DNA of 64,000 nucleotides from Dehalococcoidia bacterium (GTDB lineage Bacteria; Chloroflexota; Dehalococcoidia; Plut-88900): NCBI GenBank assembly GCA_965207225.1, contig CBDBLV010000005.1, positions 1,504,001 to 1,568,000 of the forward strand, read 5' to 3'. Shown piece by piece: positions 38,718 to 47,696 of this stretch (position 1 is its first letter; each line of letters starts with the position of its first letter). The notes under the pieces were generated by a model. It saw only the letters and a program-made list of their open reading frames with translations, ran no database searches and was not told where the DNA came from. The position numbers and the translations under genes were made by a program.

Positions 38718-40370
38718 ATGGCGACGAGGACCGGTAGGAAGACGGAAGGCAAGCGGGCGGCCATCTACGCCCGCGTGTCGGACAAGAGCCAGGACACGGA
38801 GGACAAGACCTCCATCTCCGAGCAGGTGTCCGACATGGAGGCCCACTGCGAGCGCAGGGGGCTGACCATCACGGCCCGCTACCAGGAGGTGGGCAGGGGA
38901 TGGTCGAAGAACCGCCCCGAGTTTCAGAGGATGCTGGCCGACGCCAGACGGGGCCGCTTCGATACCATCGTCTGCTGGAAGTCCGACCGGCTCAGCCGGG
39001 GCATGTACCCCGCTGCCGTCCTCATGGAGGTCGTCGAAGCGTACCAAATAGAGCTTGAGGCCGTCATGGACGCCATCGACATGAAGACCTTCGGCCTGAT
39101 GGCGGCCATCGGCAAAATCGAGTTGGACAACTTCCGTGAGAGGGCCTCGATGGGCAAGCGGGGCTCGGCCAAGCAGGGCCGCATCCCCACCAACAACGTC
39201 CCCTTCGGGTACAGGCTTGGCGAGGGCCGCAGGCCGGAGATCGTGGAGTCTGAGGCCGAGGTAATCCGCCGCGTCTTTCACATGTACGTCCGGGAGGACA
39301 TGGGGGCTCCAGCCATCGCCAAGCAACTGACCGCTGAGGGCGTCCCCACGCCCAGGGCCGTTGGGCGATGGTACGACCGCACCGTCACGCGCATCCTGGG
39401 ACTTGAGGCTTACAAGGGCACCTGGATTTTCGGCAAGCGCCGCCACGTCGCTACCGAGCAAGGTATGAGGAGGTACAACCGTCCCGAGGAAGAGTGGGTC
39501 GAGGTGCCCTTCCCGCCGGTGGTGGACGAGGAGATATGGGACCTGGCTCAGCAGGCCAAGAAGCAACGGCTGACCCATTCGGGCCGCAACACCAAGCTCT
39601 TCTATCTCTTGCAGCACTTGGTCAGGTGCGCCGAGTGCGGGTACCTGATGGGGTGCCGGGCCAACAGACGCCAGAGCACGAGGCGCAATGGCAAGACGTA
39701 CAGCTACAAACTGAAAGCTCCCCGCCGCTACTACAACTGCTACGGAGCGCTGAACGACGGCGTGAAGTGCCGGGAGCACCCCTATATCAGGGCGGAGCGG
39801 CTTGAGGGACTCGTGTGGGGCGAGGTCAAGAAGGTCCTGGAGAACCCCGGCGTCATCGTCGCCGGCATCGAGGCCATGGACTCCCGGGCGGACAACGGCG
39901 AATTGACCGAGGAGATCGCCATTGCGGAGCGGGAGCTGCACAAGGTTCAGATGGAGGAGGACCGGGCCATCCGACTCTATGTGTCGGGGAAGATCACCGA
40001 GAAGCAACTAGACCGCCAGCGCAAGTTCATCACCGAGCGTCTGGAGACGCTCCGGCTGAAGCTGCACGACTACCGGGCCAGGGAGATGGCCGAGGCGGAG
40101 AAGCGTGCCCTGGGTGAGCACATCGTCGAGTGGGCGCACCGGCTTGGCGGCAGGCTGGACCACCTGACCGACGAGGAGCGCAGGGAGGTGCTGCGGCTCC
40201 TCCTGGACGGGGCCACCATCGACCGGAGCAACAACGTCGATCTGACCCTTGCCATCCCCACCGAGGATGTCATGTCGATTGCAGGACAAAGTTCTCGGTC
40301 TCGTACCAGCAGAGCGTCGGGAAGTCGATCAGGTCGAGGCCGGTCTGCACCAGCCGGGGATGGCAGATGA
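38718..40370 (+). CDS. Large serine recombinase (integrase)
   Basis: 'AAIYARVS' catalytic Ser, 'RPEFQRML', 'DRLSR', 'PFGY', Zn ribbon 'CAECG...YYNC', coiled coil; RBS aggagg. Confidence 0.95.
   Translation: MATRTGRKTEGKRAAIYARVSDKSQDTEDKTSISEQVSDMEAHCERRGLTITARYQEVGRGWSKNRPEFQRMLADARRGRFDTIVCWKSDRLSRGMYPAAVLMEVVEAYQIELEAVMDAIDMKTFGLMAAIGKIELDNFRERASMGKRGSAKQGRIPTNNVPFGYRLGEGRRPEIVESEAEVIRRVFHMYVREDMGAPAIAKQLTAEGVPTPRAVGRWYDRTVTRILGLEAYKGTWIFGKRRHVATEQGMRRYNRPEEEWVEVPFPPVVDEEIWDLAQQAKKQRLTHSGRNTKLFYLLQHLVRCAECGYLMGCRANRRQSTRRNGKTYSYKLKAPRRYYNCYGALNDGVKCREHPYIRAERLEGLVWGEVKKVLENPGVIVAGIEAMDSRADNGELTEEIAIAERELHKVQMEEDRAIRLYVSGKITEKQLDRQRKFITERLETLRLKLHDYRAREMAEAEKRALGEHIVEWAHRLGGRLDHLTDEERREVLRLLLDGATIDRSNNVDLTLAIPTEDVMSIAGQSSRSRTSRASGSRSGRGRSAPAGDGR
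40273..40297. other. Right att site (arm tgtcgattgcaggacaaag plus core TCG), inside integrase ORF
   Basis: Inverted match to left arm; helicase homology breaks here. Confidence 0.88.
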
Positions 40371-41985
40371 GGACGTCGATGCCTTCGGCCACCCTGTCGG
40401 CAACCCACTTCTCCCGGCGGTCCGGGGCCACGGCGTCGGCCTTCATTACCGCCGTCCGGAACCCGTGCCGGGTGAGGATGTCGCAGGTCCGCCCGGTGAT
40501 GTCCCTAGTGCCCGTGTGGGTCGCGTAGATCAGCACCCTGCGTCCCTCCAGCCGCTCGGCGGCCACCAGGTCAACCAGGGCTTTCTCTTTGGGGTAGAGC
40601 CTCTCCTCCGAGAGCGGCGGCACCGAGACGATTATGTCGCCCGAGCGGGGGTCGAAGACCGTCTCGCCCCTGGTGCACCCCTCCGGGTAGGCCAAGAGTG
40701 TCTGCAGGTAGGTGGCCAGCAGCCGCTTCGAGCCGGACCTGAGCGCTTTGGAGAGCTCCTTGCGCAGCTCTTCGAACACCTTCTTGTAGGCCGTGCGCTG
40801 GGAGTAGCCCGTCGAGTCCTCCTCCGTGTCCATCGATGACAGGAGGATCTGCTCGTCGTAGTCGGGCAGCCCCGAGGCAACGTCCGAGAGCCTGAGGAAC
40901 ACGGTGTTCGCTATGATGTGGAAGAGGGCTGAGGGCAGGAGCCCCGGCCTCTCCCTGACCACCTTGCGGAAATTGCGGCGCCGGCTGTTGCGGCCGTCTT
41001 CGTCGAAGCCGTCGTCGTCCTTGCCGATGGAGTGCTCCTCGAAGCCGTACCGCTTGACCCAGCGGCCCTCCTCGGAGCGGCCGAACTCCGTCCTGATCTC
41101 CGGCGAGAACCGGTAGAGGAGATGAAAGAGCGTCGAGGAGTAGCCTCCCATTAGCGTGCCGGAGAGGCTGAGGGACCTTCCGCAGGAGTCCGCAAGGACA
41201 CCGGCGGCGATGCCCTGGGCCGAGCCCCGGCCCTTGTACTCGTGGACCTCGTCTCCTATCAGCAGGTCGAAGAAGCCCTTCATCCTGTTCTTGACGTAGT
41301 CCGAGAGCGGGTAGCGGGCCGGGCCGGAGTTGTCTGCCTGCCAGAGCGGAGAGCGACAGTCCTCGCAGGTGCGCTTGCGGCGGTTCAGGTCCCTGTAAGT
41401 CAGCGGCACCCCGTCCTTGTCCTCCACCGGTGCGGTGCAGTCGGGACAGCAGGGCACCCGGAAGGGCTCCCCCGTCTCCTCGTCCCGCAGGAGCCTTCCC
41501 CTGGACGTCGCCCACCTGTACAGGACGGCGGCCTTCCAGCGGTAGGAGAGCTTGGCCCGCTCCCGGCTCATCACCGCGAACAGGGGGCCGGAGCCGACCA
41601 CGCGGCGCAGCCGCTCCAGGTCGGTGATGGACCTGACGATGACGGCCTTTGCGCCCGGGACCGTAATCTCCACCTCCCGCTTCCACTTGGGAACGAGATG
41701 CGGCGGGCAGAGTACCAGCACCCGCCGGAACCCCGCCATATGCGCCGCCGCCGTGCCGATGAAGGTCTTGCCGGTGCCCATCTCGCCGACGACGGTGGTG
41801 CCCCGGTGCGCTTTCAATGAGAGGGCCGCACCCCTGATGGCGTCGGCCTGGGCACCCAGGGGAGTGCGGAGCAGCGGGGGCAGCCGGCGGCCGTTCTCCG
41901 AGGGCCGGTAGAGCGGCGGATAGGACTCCACCACCCTCCGGGCGATGGCCTCCTTGTAAGTGTCTATGAACTCTCCGAGGTTCAT
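40295..41985 (-). pseudogene. SF2 (SNF2-like) helicase, 5' fragment
   Basis: 'GEMGTGKT', 'GDEVHE', 'LSGT', 'LVQTGLDLIDFPT'; motif VI missing (found at 18.7 kb). Confidence 0.9.
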
Positions 41986-42217
41986 TTGGGGTCGTCCTCC
42001 TTTCAGGAGGGAGCCCCGGAGCCCCTGGGAGCGCCTGACGGAGGGCACACTTCGCCACCCCTGGACGGAGTGACGAGAGGAGCACCTGAGGCGAACCAGT
42101 TGCGCCATTAGGCGCCCTCTCTTGTCCTTGTGAGGTATTCCGGCAGTGTTGCACTGCCTCATTCGTTTATGAGAGGCCCGATTGGGCAGACCTCTTGGCG
42201 CGACTCGGTTGAGCCGT

Positions 42218-42460
42218 CTACGCTGCTTTCAGGAAAGCCCTGCGAGCTTTCCGCTCGGCGGACTCCCTGCGCCTGGCGCCCTCGTAGCACCTGCCGCTCA
42301 GGTGATACGCCTTCACCGGTGAGGACATCGCCCTGCCGCAGTCATCGATGTCCACCGCCGCGGTCTGCATGGCAGGTTCTCCGGGGAGTATGGGCTGCCC
42401 GCAGCGGCAGCAGGGTTCGAGGACCATGAATTTCTGCATTTTCTTACCTTCCTTTTGCAA
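42218..42460 (-). CDS. Small Cys/His-containing hypothetical protein
   Basis: 'CCRCGQPI...YHLSGRCY'; co-oriented with backbone. Confidence 0.5.
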   Translation of the reverse strand: MQKEGKKMQKFMVLEPCCRCGQPILPGEPAMQTAAVDIDDCGRAMSSPVKAYHLSGRCYEGARRRESAERKARRAFLKAA

Positions 42461-42536
42461 GTCTTGAGTGAGTCCGGTTGACCCCGCGTCGGCAGTTGGG
42501 AAACCTTCATGGGGATTCGGCCAACGGAAGGGCCGT

Positions 42537-45500
42537 TCAGGCGGCGATGTCGGTTATCTCGCCGTCGTCCAGGTCCAGAGCAGTGACCGTGGTCTTGACC
42601 CGTTCCCGGTGAACCTCCTTCTGGGGCGTGTCCTCCACGAGGGTCATCTCCTTGGAGGTCCGTCCCTTGACCAGGATGCGCCGGCCACCGGACTCCAGTA
42701 CGAGGTTATCCAGGAACCCGGCGGCCACCAGCATGGCGATGTGGCCCCTGCGCAGCGGCATCAGGGGCCGGGTGCCGGCGTCTCCCCTTGGCCAAAGGGT
42801 GTCGGTTATATCAGTGCTGGCCCACAGCCCCGAGACCCGGGCCTCCCCGGCTGCGGCCAGCGGGTCCACAGTGCGGGTGGCGAAGAGGATGTCCCCCGAG
42901 GGAGTCAATGAGGGAGAGTAGACGGGGTAGTCGTGGCGGTAGAGCTCCTCTGGGGTGCCCTCTGCCCACTCCCTGATCTGCATCTCGGCATGGACGTTCG
43001 GCGTGGGGTCCGACTTCCGGTAAGCCATGAGCACCACCTGGTCGAAGGCATCCCGTTCAGGTGAGGGGAAGGCCCAGCACCGGATGGTGCCGTAGTGGGT
43101 GGAGAGGTAGCGGGCCGATACGGTCAGCCGTGCCCTGGGAACGATGAACACCAGGAGGCCGCCTTCGGCCAGGTAGCGGGTGCACTGGGCGAGGAAGCGT
43201 TGCTCGACCCTGCGCTCATCGCCCGCGTCGAAATCGTAAGGGGGGTTGAGGAACAGCAGGCCGAAGGCCCCGTTGGCCATGGACGCCCCGAACAGGTCCG
43301 AGGCGAGGGCATGGTCGAGCCGGGCAACGGCTTCCTCCGCCCGGTCCCGGTGAAGCTCTACGCCGAAGGTCTCAATGGGCACGGGAACGGACTGGCTGCC
43401 GGTCATGGTCCCGGCGAGGAGGGCCAGCGCCTCCCCGGCCCCGCAGCAGGGGTCGAGGATGCGCAGGGTCCTGCCCAGGCTGTAGTAGGTCGACCTCGGG
43501 GTCTCGATTATGGAGGCGATCATCTCCACCACCCGGTCGGGCGTGGGATAGAATTGAGTAGGAACGGCGCCGCCAATGACCGGATTTCGCCGACGGGTTT
43601 GCGCCATTCCTCTCACCGAACCGGACGTGCCTCTTTCAAGGCATCCGGCTCTCCATTAGACGGTTGGTTGTTGGCTTGGTTGGCTTTCGGCCTTATGGCA
43701 CGTCCGGCAGAGCGTGACCAAGTCTTTGAGCGCGTGGGACTTCATGCCTTTGGTGTGGTGGACTTGGAGAGGACTCCGAGCGCCACACTGCTGGCATCTC
43801 ATCTCGTCGCGCAACTTGGCCTTTAGTTTCCGTTCGGCGAGTGCGAGAGGTTCGCTGCGGCTACGTCTGCCGCTGCTTGCCCCGATGGTCGCCGTGTAGG
43901 TGCGCTCGTCTGGGCCGGTTTCTCCCTGTGGATGGTCGCTTGTTGCCTCTGCGTGGCCGGACAGGTAGGGATGCGGGAATCCCGCGGCCCCTTTCTGAAG
44001 GTAGCGTTGGCGGTCAAGCTCCTGTCGGGTGGGGAGCCATTGGTACGCTTCCAGCTTGTTATCGCCTTCGCGTTCCTCTGCGTACCAGCGGGTTCTGCCG
44101 TGGAGCCGCCTAGTCTTGGCTTTCATGAGTTGTCCCTTGTGGCTACCCTTATGCTTCTTTAGTAGCCAGTTGAGGTAGCGGAACCATGTGAACCGCGTGA
44201 TGTCCTCAACGTCTTGCACAAGGCTGGTGTACCGATAGTATTCGGCCCAGCCCCGCACGATAGCGTTCAGGGTCGTCAGTCGGGTATACTCGTTCATCCA
44301 AGTCCAGTTCCTGGAAGTCAGGGCCTTGAGTTTCCGCTTCACGCGCTCCTTGGCCTTGGCCGTCGGTCGGAGATACACCGCCCACTTTCCTTCGGTCTTC
44401 TTGCGCTGGATGTGGAAACCCAGGAACTGGAAGCCGTCGTTGACGTGGGTGATGACAGTCTTTTCTTCCGATAGCGTTAGGTGGAGTTTGGTCTCCAGAA
44501 ACCGTTGTATGGCCTGCTTGGTCGCTTTAACCTCGGCAATGGGGCCATTGCTGACGACCACGAAGTCGTCGGCGTAGCGCACCATTTTGTAATTGCCGAG
44601 ACCGGCGTACCGTCTCCGGCGTCGAGCGTTCTGGTCGAGATCCCACTGCGCCGCCGCCCACTGGTCAAACTCGTTGAGGTAGACGTTGGCGAGCAGTGGG
44701 GAGATAACCCCTCCCTGTGGCACACCGGATTCGGTGCGAGCGAAGAGGCCCTCTTCCATTACGCCCGATTTCAGGAATTTCCAGATTAAGTCCAGAAGCG
44801 CCCTGTCCTTCAACCGCCTCCGCAACAGCTTCATGAGTGTCCTATGATGGACGGTGTCGAAGTAGCTTTGGAGGTCGCCTTCAATCACGTAGTAGTGTTT
44901 CACGCTGGTGATGAACATGGGCATAAGGACTGCGATAGCGTCCATCGTGCAACGACCTTTGCGGAAGCCGTAGGAGTGCGGATAGAAGTCCGACTCGTAA
45001 ATCGGGTCGAGGATGGCCCGAAGTGCTTCCTGCACGATGCGGTCTCGCAGGGCGGGGATGCCCAGCGGGCGCTTCTTGCCATCGTGCTTGGGTATGTAAA
45101 CTCGCCGGACGGGTTGTGGCTCGTACGTTTTGCGCTTCAGTTGGTTGATGAGGGCCGTCATTTGACCCTCGTAGTCCTTCTTGAACGCATCCCGTGTCTT
45201 GCCGTCCACGCCGTCGGTCTGGCTACCCGGTCGTGCAAGTACCCTTTCGGCCGCCGTGTGCATCCAGCAATCCCAGTGCAACAGGTCGTACAGGTTGGTG
45301 AACCTGTGGTCTGGATGCTCATTGGCCGTCTTTGCCAAGAACCTTTGCTTTTCTGCCATCTTTGTCGGGTTCATACACCCCTCCTCTGGCGTAGTTTGCT
45401 TGTGTTCTGCACTCGTCTAATTGCCCTCCTTCGCCATGTGGCCGGCTTTCCCGACCTCGGACTACTACGAGGGCTCTGCCCCACTTTCGGCATTGGCCGC

Positions 45501-45979
45501 AAGCTAGCCGACCCCGTTGCCGGGGAGCCGAACGTGGTTCCCAAGTTCACGTAGGTTGTGTCTGCATTCCGCCTTAGGCTCTGCCTTTACGCCTGGCACG
45601 GCTCCTTGCCGCGCTCGCCATCGGGGGACGTCCGGTTGTACGGAGTGCGGCGTCCCTGTCCTAATGAACTTTCCCCGCAGTGGTTAGACGGGTATCCGAT
45701 GACTCTGCCCTCGCCCTACCGTGGACGGACAGTCAGCGATTCGACGCTTCAACCAGCAGTTTCTTGTGTAGCCTTAACGGAACTCTGGCTAGGGGTGCAC
45801 AGCTTGGTAGGGTCGCTGTCGCCCCGTTGTCGGGAAGGCTTCAAACACGGTTCTGCTTCGGGTCCCCGTGCCTGCTTCCGTAGCCACCGGCCCACTCCTG
45901 GCCGGGCTCCACATCTGGAACTCTCAACCTATGCGCTTCTTGGCGCACACCCCCCTTTGGCCAGGGCTGCAAGTCTCAT
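42537..45979 (-). CDS. DUF6094-type DNA adenine methyltransferase split by a group II intron (exon 1 45949-45979, exon 2 42537-43552)
   Basis: Spliced frame 'MRLAALAKGG-F-YPTP', 'ILDPCCGAG', 'LFLNPPY'; 1047 nt, in frame. Confidence 0.9.
43553..45948 (-). mobile_element. Group II intron 1 (2396 nt)
   Basis: 5' GTGCG at 45948; domain V GAGAGCCGGATGCCTTGAAAGAGGCACGTCCGGTTCGG; ends ...CTACTCAAT. Confidence 0.95.
43656..45374 (-). CDS. ltrA: Group II intron RT/maturase with HNH endonuclease
   Basis: 'RPLGIP', 'GVPQGGVISPLLANVYL', 'RYADDF', C-terminal 'CQQCG...QVHH...LVTLCRTCH'. Confidence 0.95.
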   Translation of the reverse strand: MNPTKMAEKQRFLAKTANEHPDHRFTNLYDLLHWDCWMHTAAERVLARPGSQTDGVDGKTRDAFKKDYEGQMTALINQLKRKTYEPQPVRRVYIPKHDGKKRPLGIPALRDRIVQEALRAILDPIYESDFYPHSYGFRKGRCTMDAIAVLMPMFITSVKHYYVIEGDLQSYFDTVHHRTLMKLLRRRLKDRALLDLIWKFLKSGVMEEGLFARTESGVPQGGVISPLLANVYLNEFDQWAAAQWDLDQNARRRRRYAGLGNYKMVRYADDFVVVSNGPIAEVKATKQAIQRFLETKLHLTLSEEKTVITHVNDGFQFLGFHIQRKKTEGKWAVYLRPTAKAKERVKRKLKALTSRNWTWMNEYTRLTTLNAIVRGWAEYYRYTSLVQDVEDITRFTWFRYLNWLLKKHKGSHKGQLMKAKTRRLHGRTRWYAEEREGDNKLEAYQWLPTRQELDRQRYLQKGAAGFPHPYLSGHAEATSDHPQGETGPDERTYTATIGASSGRRSRSEPLALAERKLKAKLRDEMRCQQCGARSPLQVHHTKGMKSHALKDLVTLCRTCHKAESQPSQQPTV

Positions 45980-46382
45980 GTTGAATCTCCTTTCGTGTTG
46001 CGCGGAAGGCTGTCGTGGCCCTGTCAGCCGTCGACGAGTATGCGCAGCACACCCTTCCGCAGATCTGCGTCTAGCTTTGCCCGCTCTTCCGGCCGGAGGG
46101 CGCGTACCCGTCGGGCGCGTGAGACGGACCATGGAGTCATCGCGACTTCACGGTTCGGGTTGCGGGTTCGCATTACCCGGCTCTGGTGGCGGGAGGAGGA
46201 GGCGCGGCCTAAGGCAGCACCTTCGATGCACCCGGGGCCCCTCTTCGCCGAGGAGTGGCCGGATGTCCGTGGTCCTGGGTTCCGATGCTAAGGCGACAGC
46301 CCACAGCATCCGGTGCGCGGACGGGTCGCCGTACCGGGCACCGGGTCCGGGGAGTTTTGTGGTGTTGGGGGCTAAATGGGGG

Positions 46383-46526
46383 CTAGCCGGACTTGCCGAT
46401 GCGGAACATCTTGACCCCGCAGGTCGGACAGACTCCCCGGGTCGCAGGACGGCCGTTTTTCAGGGTGATCTGCTCGGGGTCCTTCATCTCCCGGGATGAT
46501 CGGCACTTCACGCAATATCCTTGCAT
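46383..46526 (-). CDS. DUF5679-like small zinc-ribbon protein
   Basis: 'MQGYCVKCR..REMKD...LKNGRPATRGVCPTCG.KMFRIG'. Confidence 0.85.
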   Translation of the reverse strand: MQGYCVKCRSSREMKDPEQITLKNGRPATRGVCPTCGVKMFRIGKSG

Positions 46527-46728
46527 CTGCTTCCTCTGTAAGCGGGCGGTTTCGGGCCTGTACCGGCCCGTACCGACATTATAGCTGCCGGACGCCCTCA
46601 GGTACCGGCTCTCAGCCCGTGCTCGGCCAAGCCGCTCCGCCGGCCGCCGTGCCGGGAGTTGCGCCATCTCCCGCGTCCGGGAACCGCTGCGGGGGCTCAC
46701 TCAGCCACCGCAGCCTTTCGTCACCCAT

Positions 46729-47004
46729 TCAGGGACCAGCCGCGATAGAAGGCTCCAGCCCGCAGGGACCGTCCAAGCAGCAGCAGTCCACGCTGCCGCC
46801 CACCGACTCCAGGTAGCGCGTCACGCTGAGGGCCTGGAACACCACCTCACCGCCACAGGTGATGCAGTGGTGTACGATGCCCGAACCGGCGTGGACCTCG
46901 CCCTCTGCGGTCATCGCCGAGGGCTGCCCGCGCAGCGGACAGTCGAATTGTAGGGTGCGGCGGTGCATCTTTCTGGTACCGACTTTGTTCTTCGTCATTG
47001 CCAT
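46729..47004 (-). CDS. Small Cys-rich hypothetical protein
   Basis: RBS aaagga; 'DCP...HCITCG...CCC..PC'. Confidence 0.5.
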   Translation of the reverse strand: MAMTKNKVGTRKMHRRTLQFDCPLRGQPSAMTAEGEVHAGSGIVHHCITCGGEVVFQALSVTRYLESVGGSVDCCCLDGPCGLEPSIAAGP

Positions 47005-47033
47005 TTCCTTTCTGGGCGTCTCCGGTCGGTGTT

Positions 47034-47663
47034 TCAAGCTGTCTCTGCGAGGGCGAGGGTCCCCAGGGCAACGGCGTCGGACAGGTCGGCCCTGAGCTTT
47101 TCCGCATCGGGTGAACAGACCCAGGCCGATATGCCGGAGGCCTGAAGGGGCTTGATCTCGCCGTTTCGCAACCCTCGCCGCCAGAGCCATCTGGCCCAGG
47201 AGTCGTGGAGGGGCACCGGGCTGCGCCGGTCGAGGAACCTATGGTGGAGGGCAGGGGCCTCTTCCTCGGTGCGGGCAAGCAGGAGGAAGTCCTCCCGTTC
47301 GAAGGCGAACTCCGCCATCCGGGTGAATACCAGGGCGTGCCAACCCCCCGTGGTGGGCAGGCGGGCGATCTTGGTCGTCCAGGTCCCGATGGTCTGATAG
47401 GGTACGGAGCAGCGCAGGTAGTCCCCGGTGAGCTCACCTCCGTCCACTCCTCGTATCAGGTGGGCGGGCTCGGGGGGCTGCTTCAGCAGGGACGCCCAGA
47501 TGGCCTTGAGGGCGGTCTGGGAGCCCACCATGGACAGGAACCACAGTTCTTTGTCGTCGGGGTCCCGGGCAAATGCGTCCGCGGTGGCGGAGAATCCGCC
47601 CGCGCTTACCGTATACAACTCTTCGGGATCGACGGCCTCAGGGCCGTTATGGGTAGTGACCAT
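47034..47663 (-). CDS. ICE backbone hypothetical protein
   Basis: RBS aaagga; 'LWFLSMVGSQTALKAIWASL', 'PVPLHDSWARWLW'. Confidence 0.7.
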   Translation of the reverse strand: MVTTHNGPEAVDPEELYTVSAGGFSATADAFARDPDDKELWFLSMVGSQTALKAIWASLLKQPPEPAHLIRGVDGGELTGDYLRCSVPYQTIGTWTTKIARLPTTGGWHALVFTRMAEFAFEREDFLLLARTEEEAPALHHRFLDRRSPVPLHDSWARWLWRRGLRNGEIKPLQASGISAWVCSPDAEKLRADLSDAVALGTLALAETA

Positions 47664-47696
47664 GTTGCAGTCCTTTCTTGTTGTCGATGGACGTCG

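Larger units (their letters stand above)
18766..40297. mobile_element. 21.5-kb integrative defence island mobilised by a large serine recombinase
   Basis: TCG core at both junctions (18766-68, 40295-97), inverted-repeat arms inside both ends, integrase at right end, deletion restores helicase frame. Confidence 0.92.

Noticed and set aside
38592-40007. Long antisense or alternate-frame ORFs (also 34606-35757, 40571-42154, 5598-6377)
   Set aside because: Shadow ORFs of GC-rich coding sequence with no recognisable motifs
43553-43616. ORF-track start for the methyltransferase at 43616
   Set aside because: This stretch is intron domain VI; the real start is exon 1 at 45979
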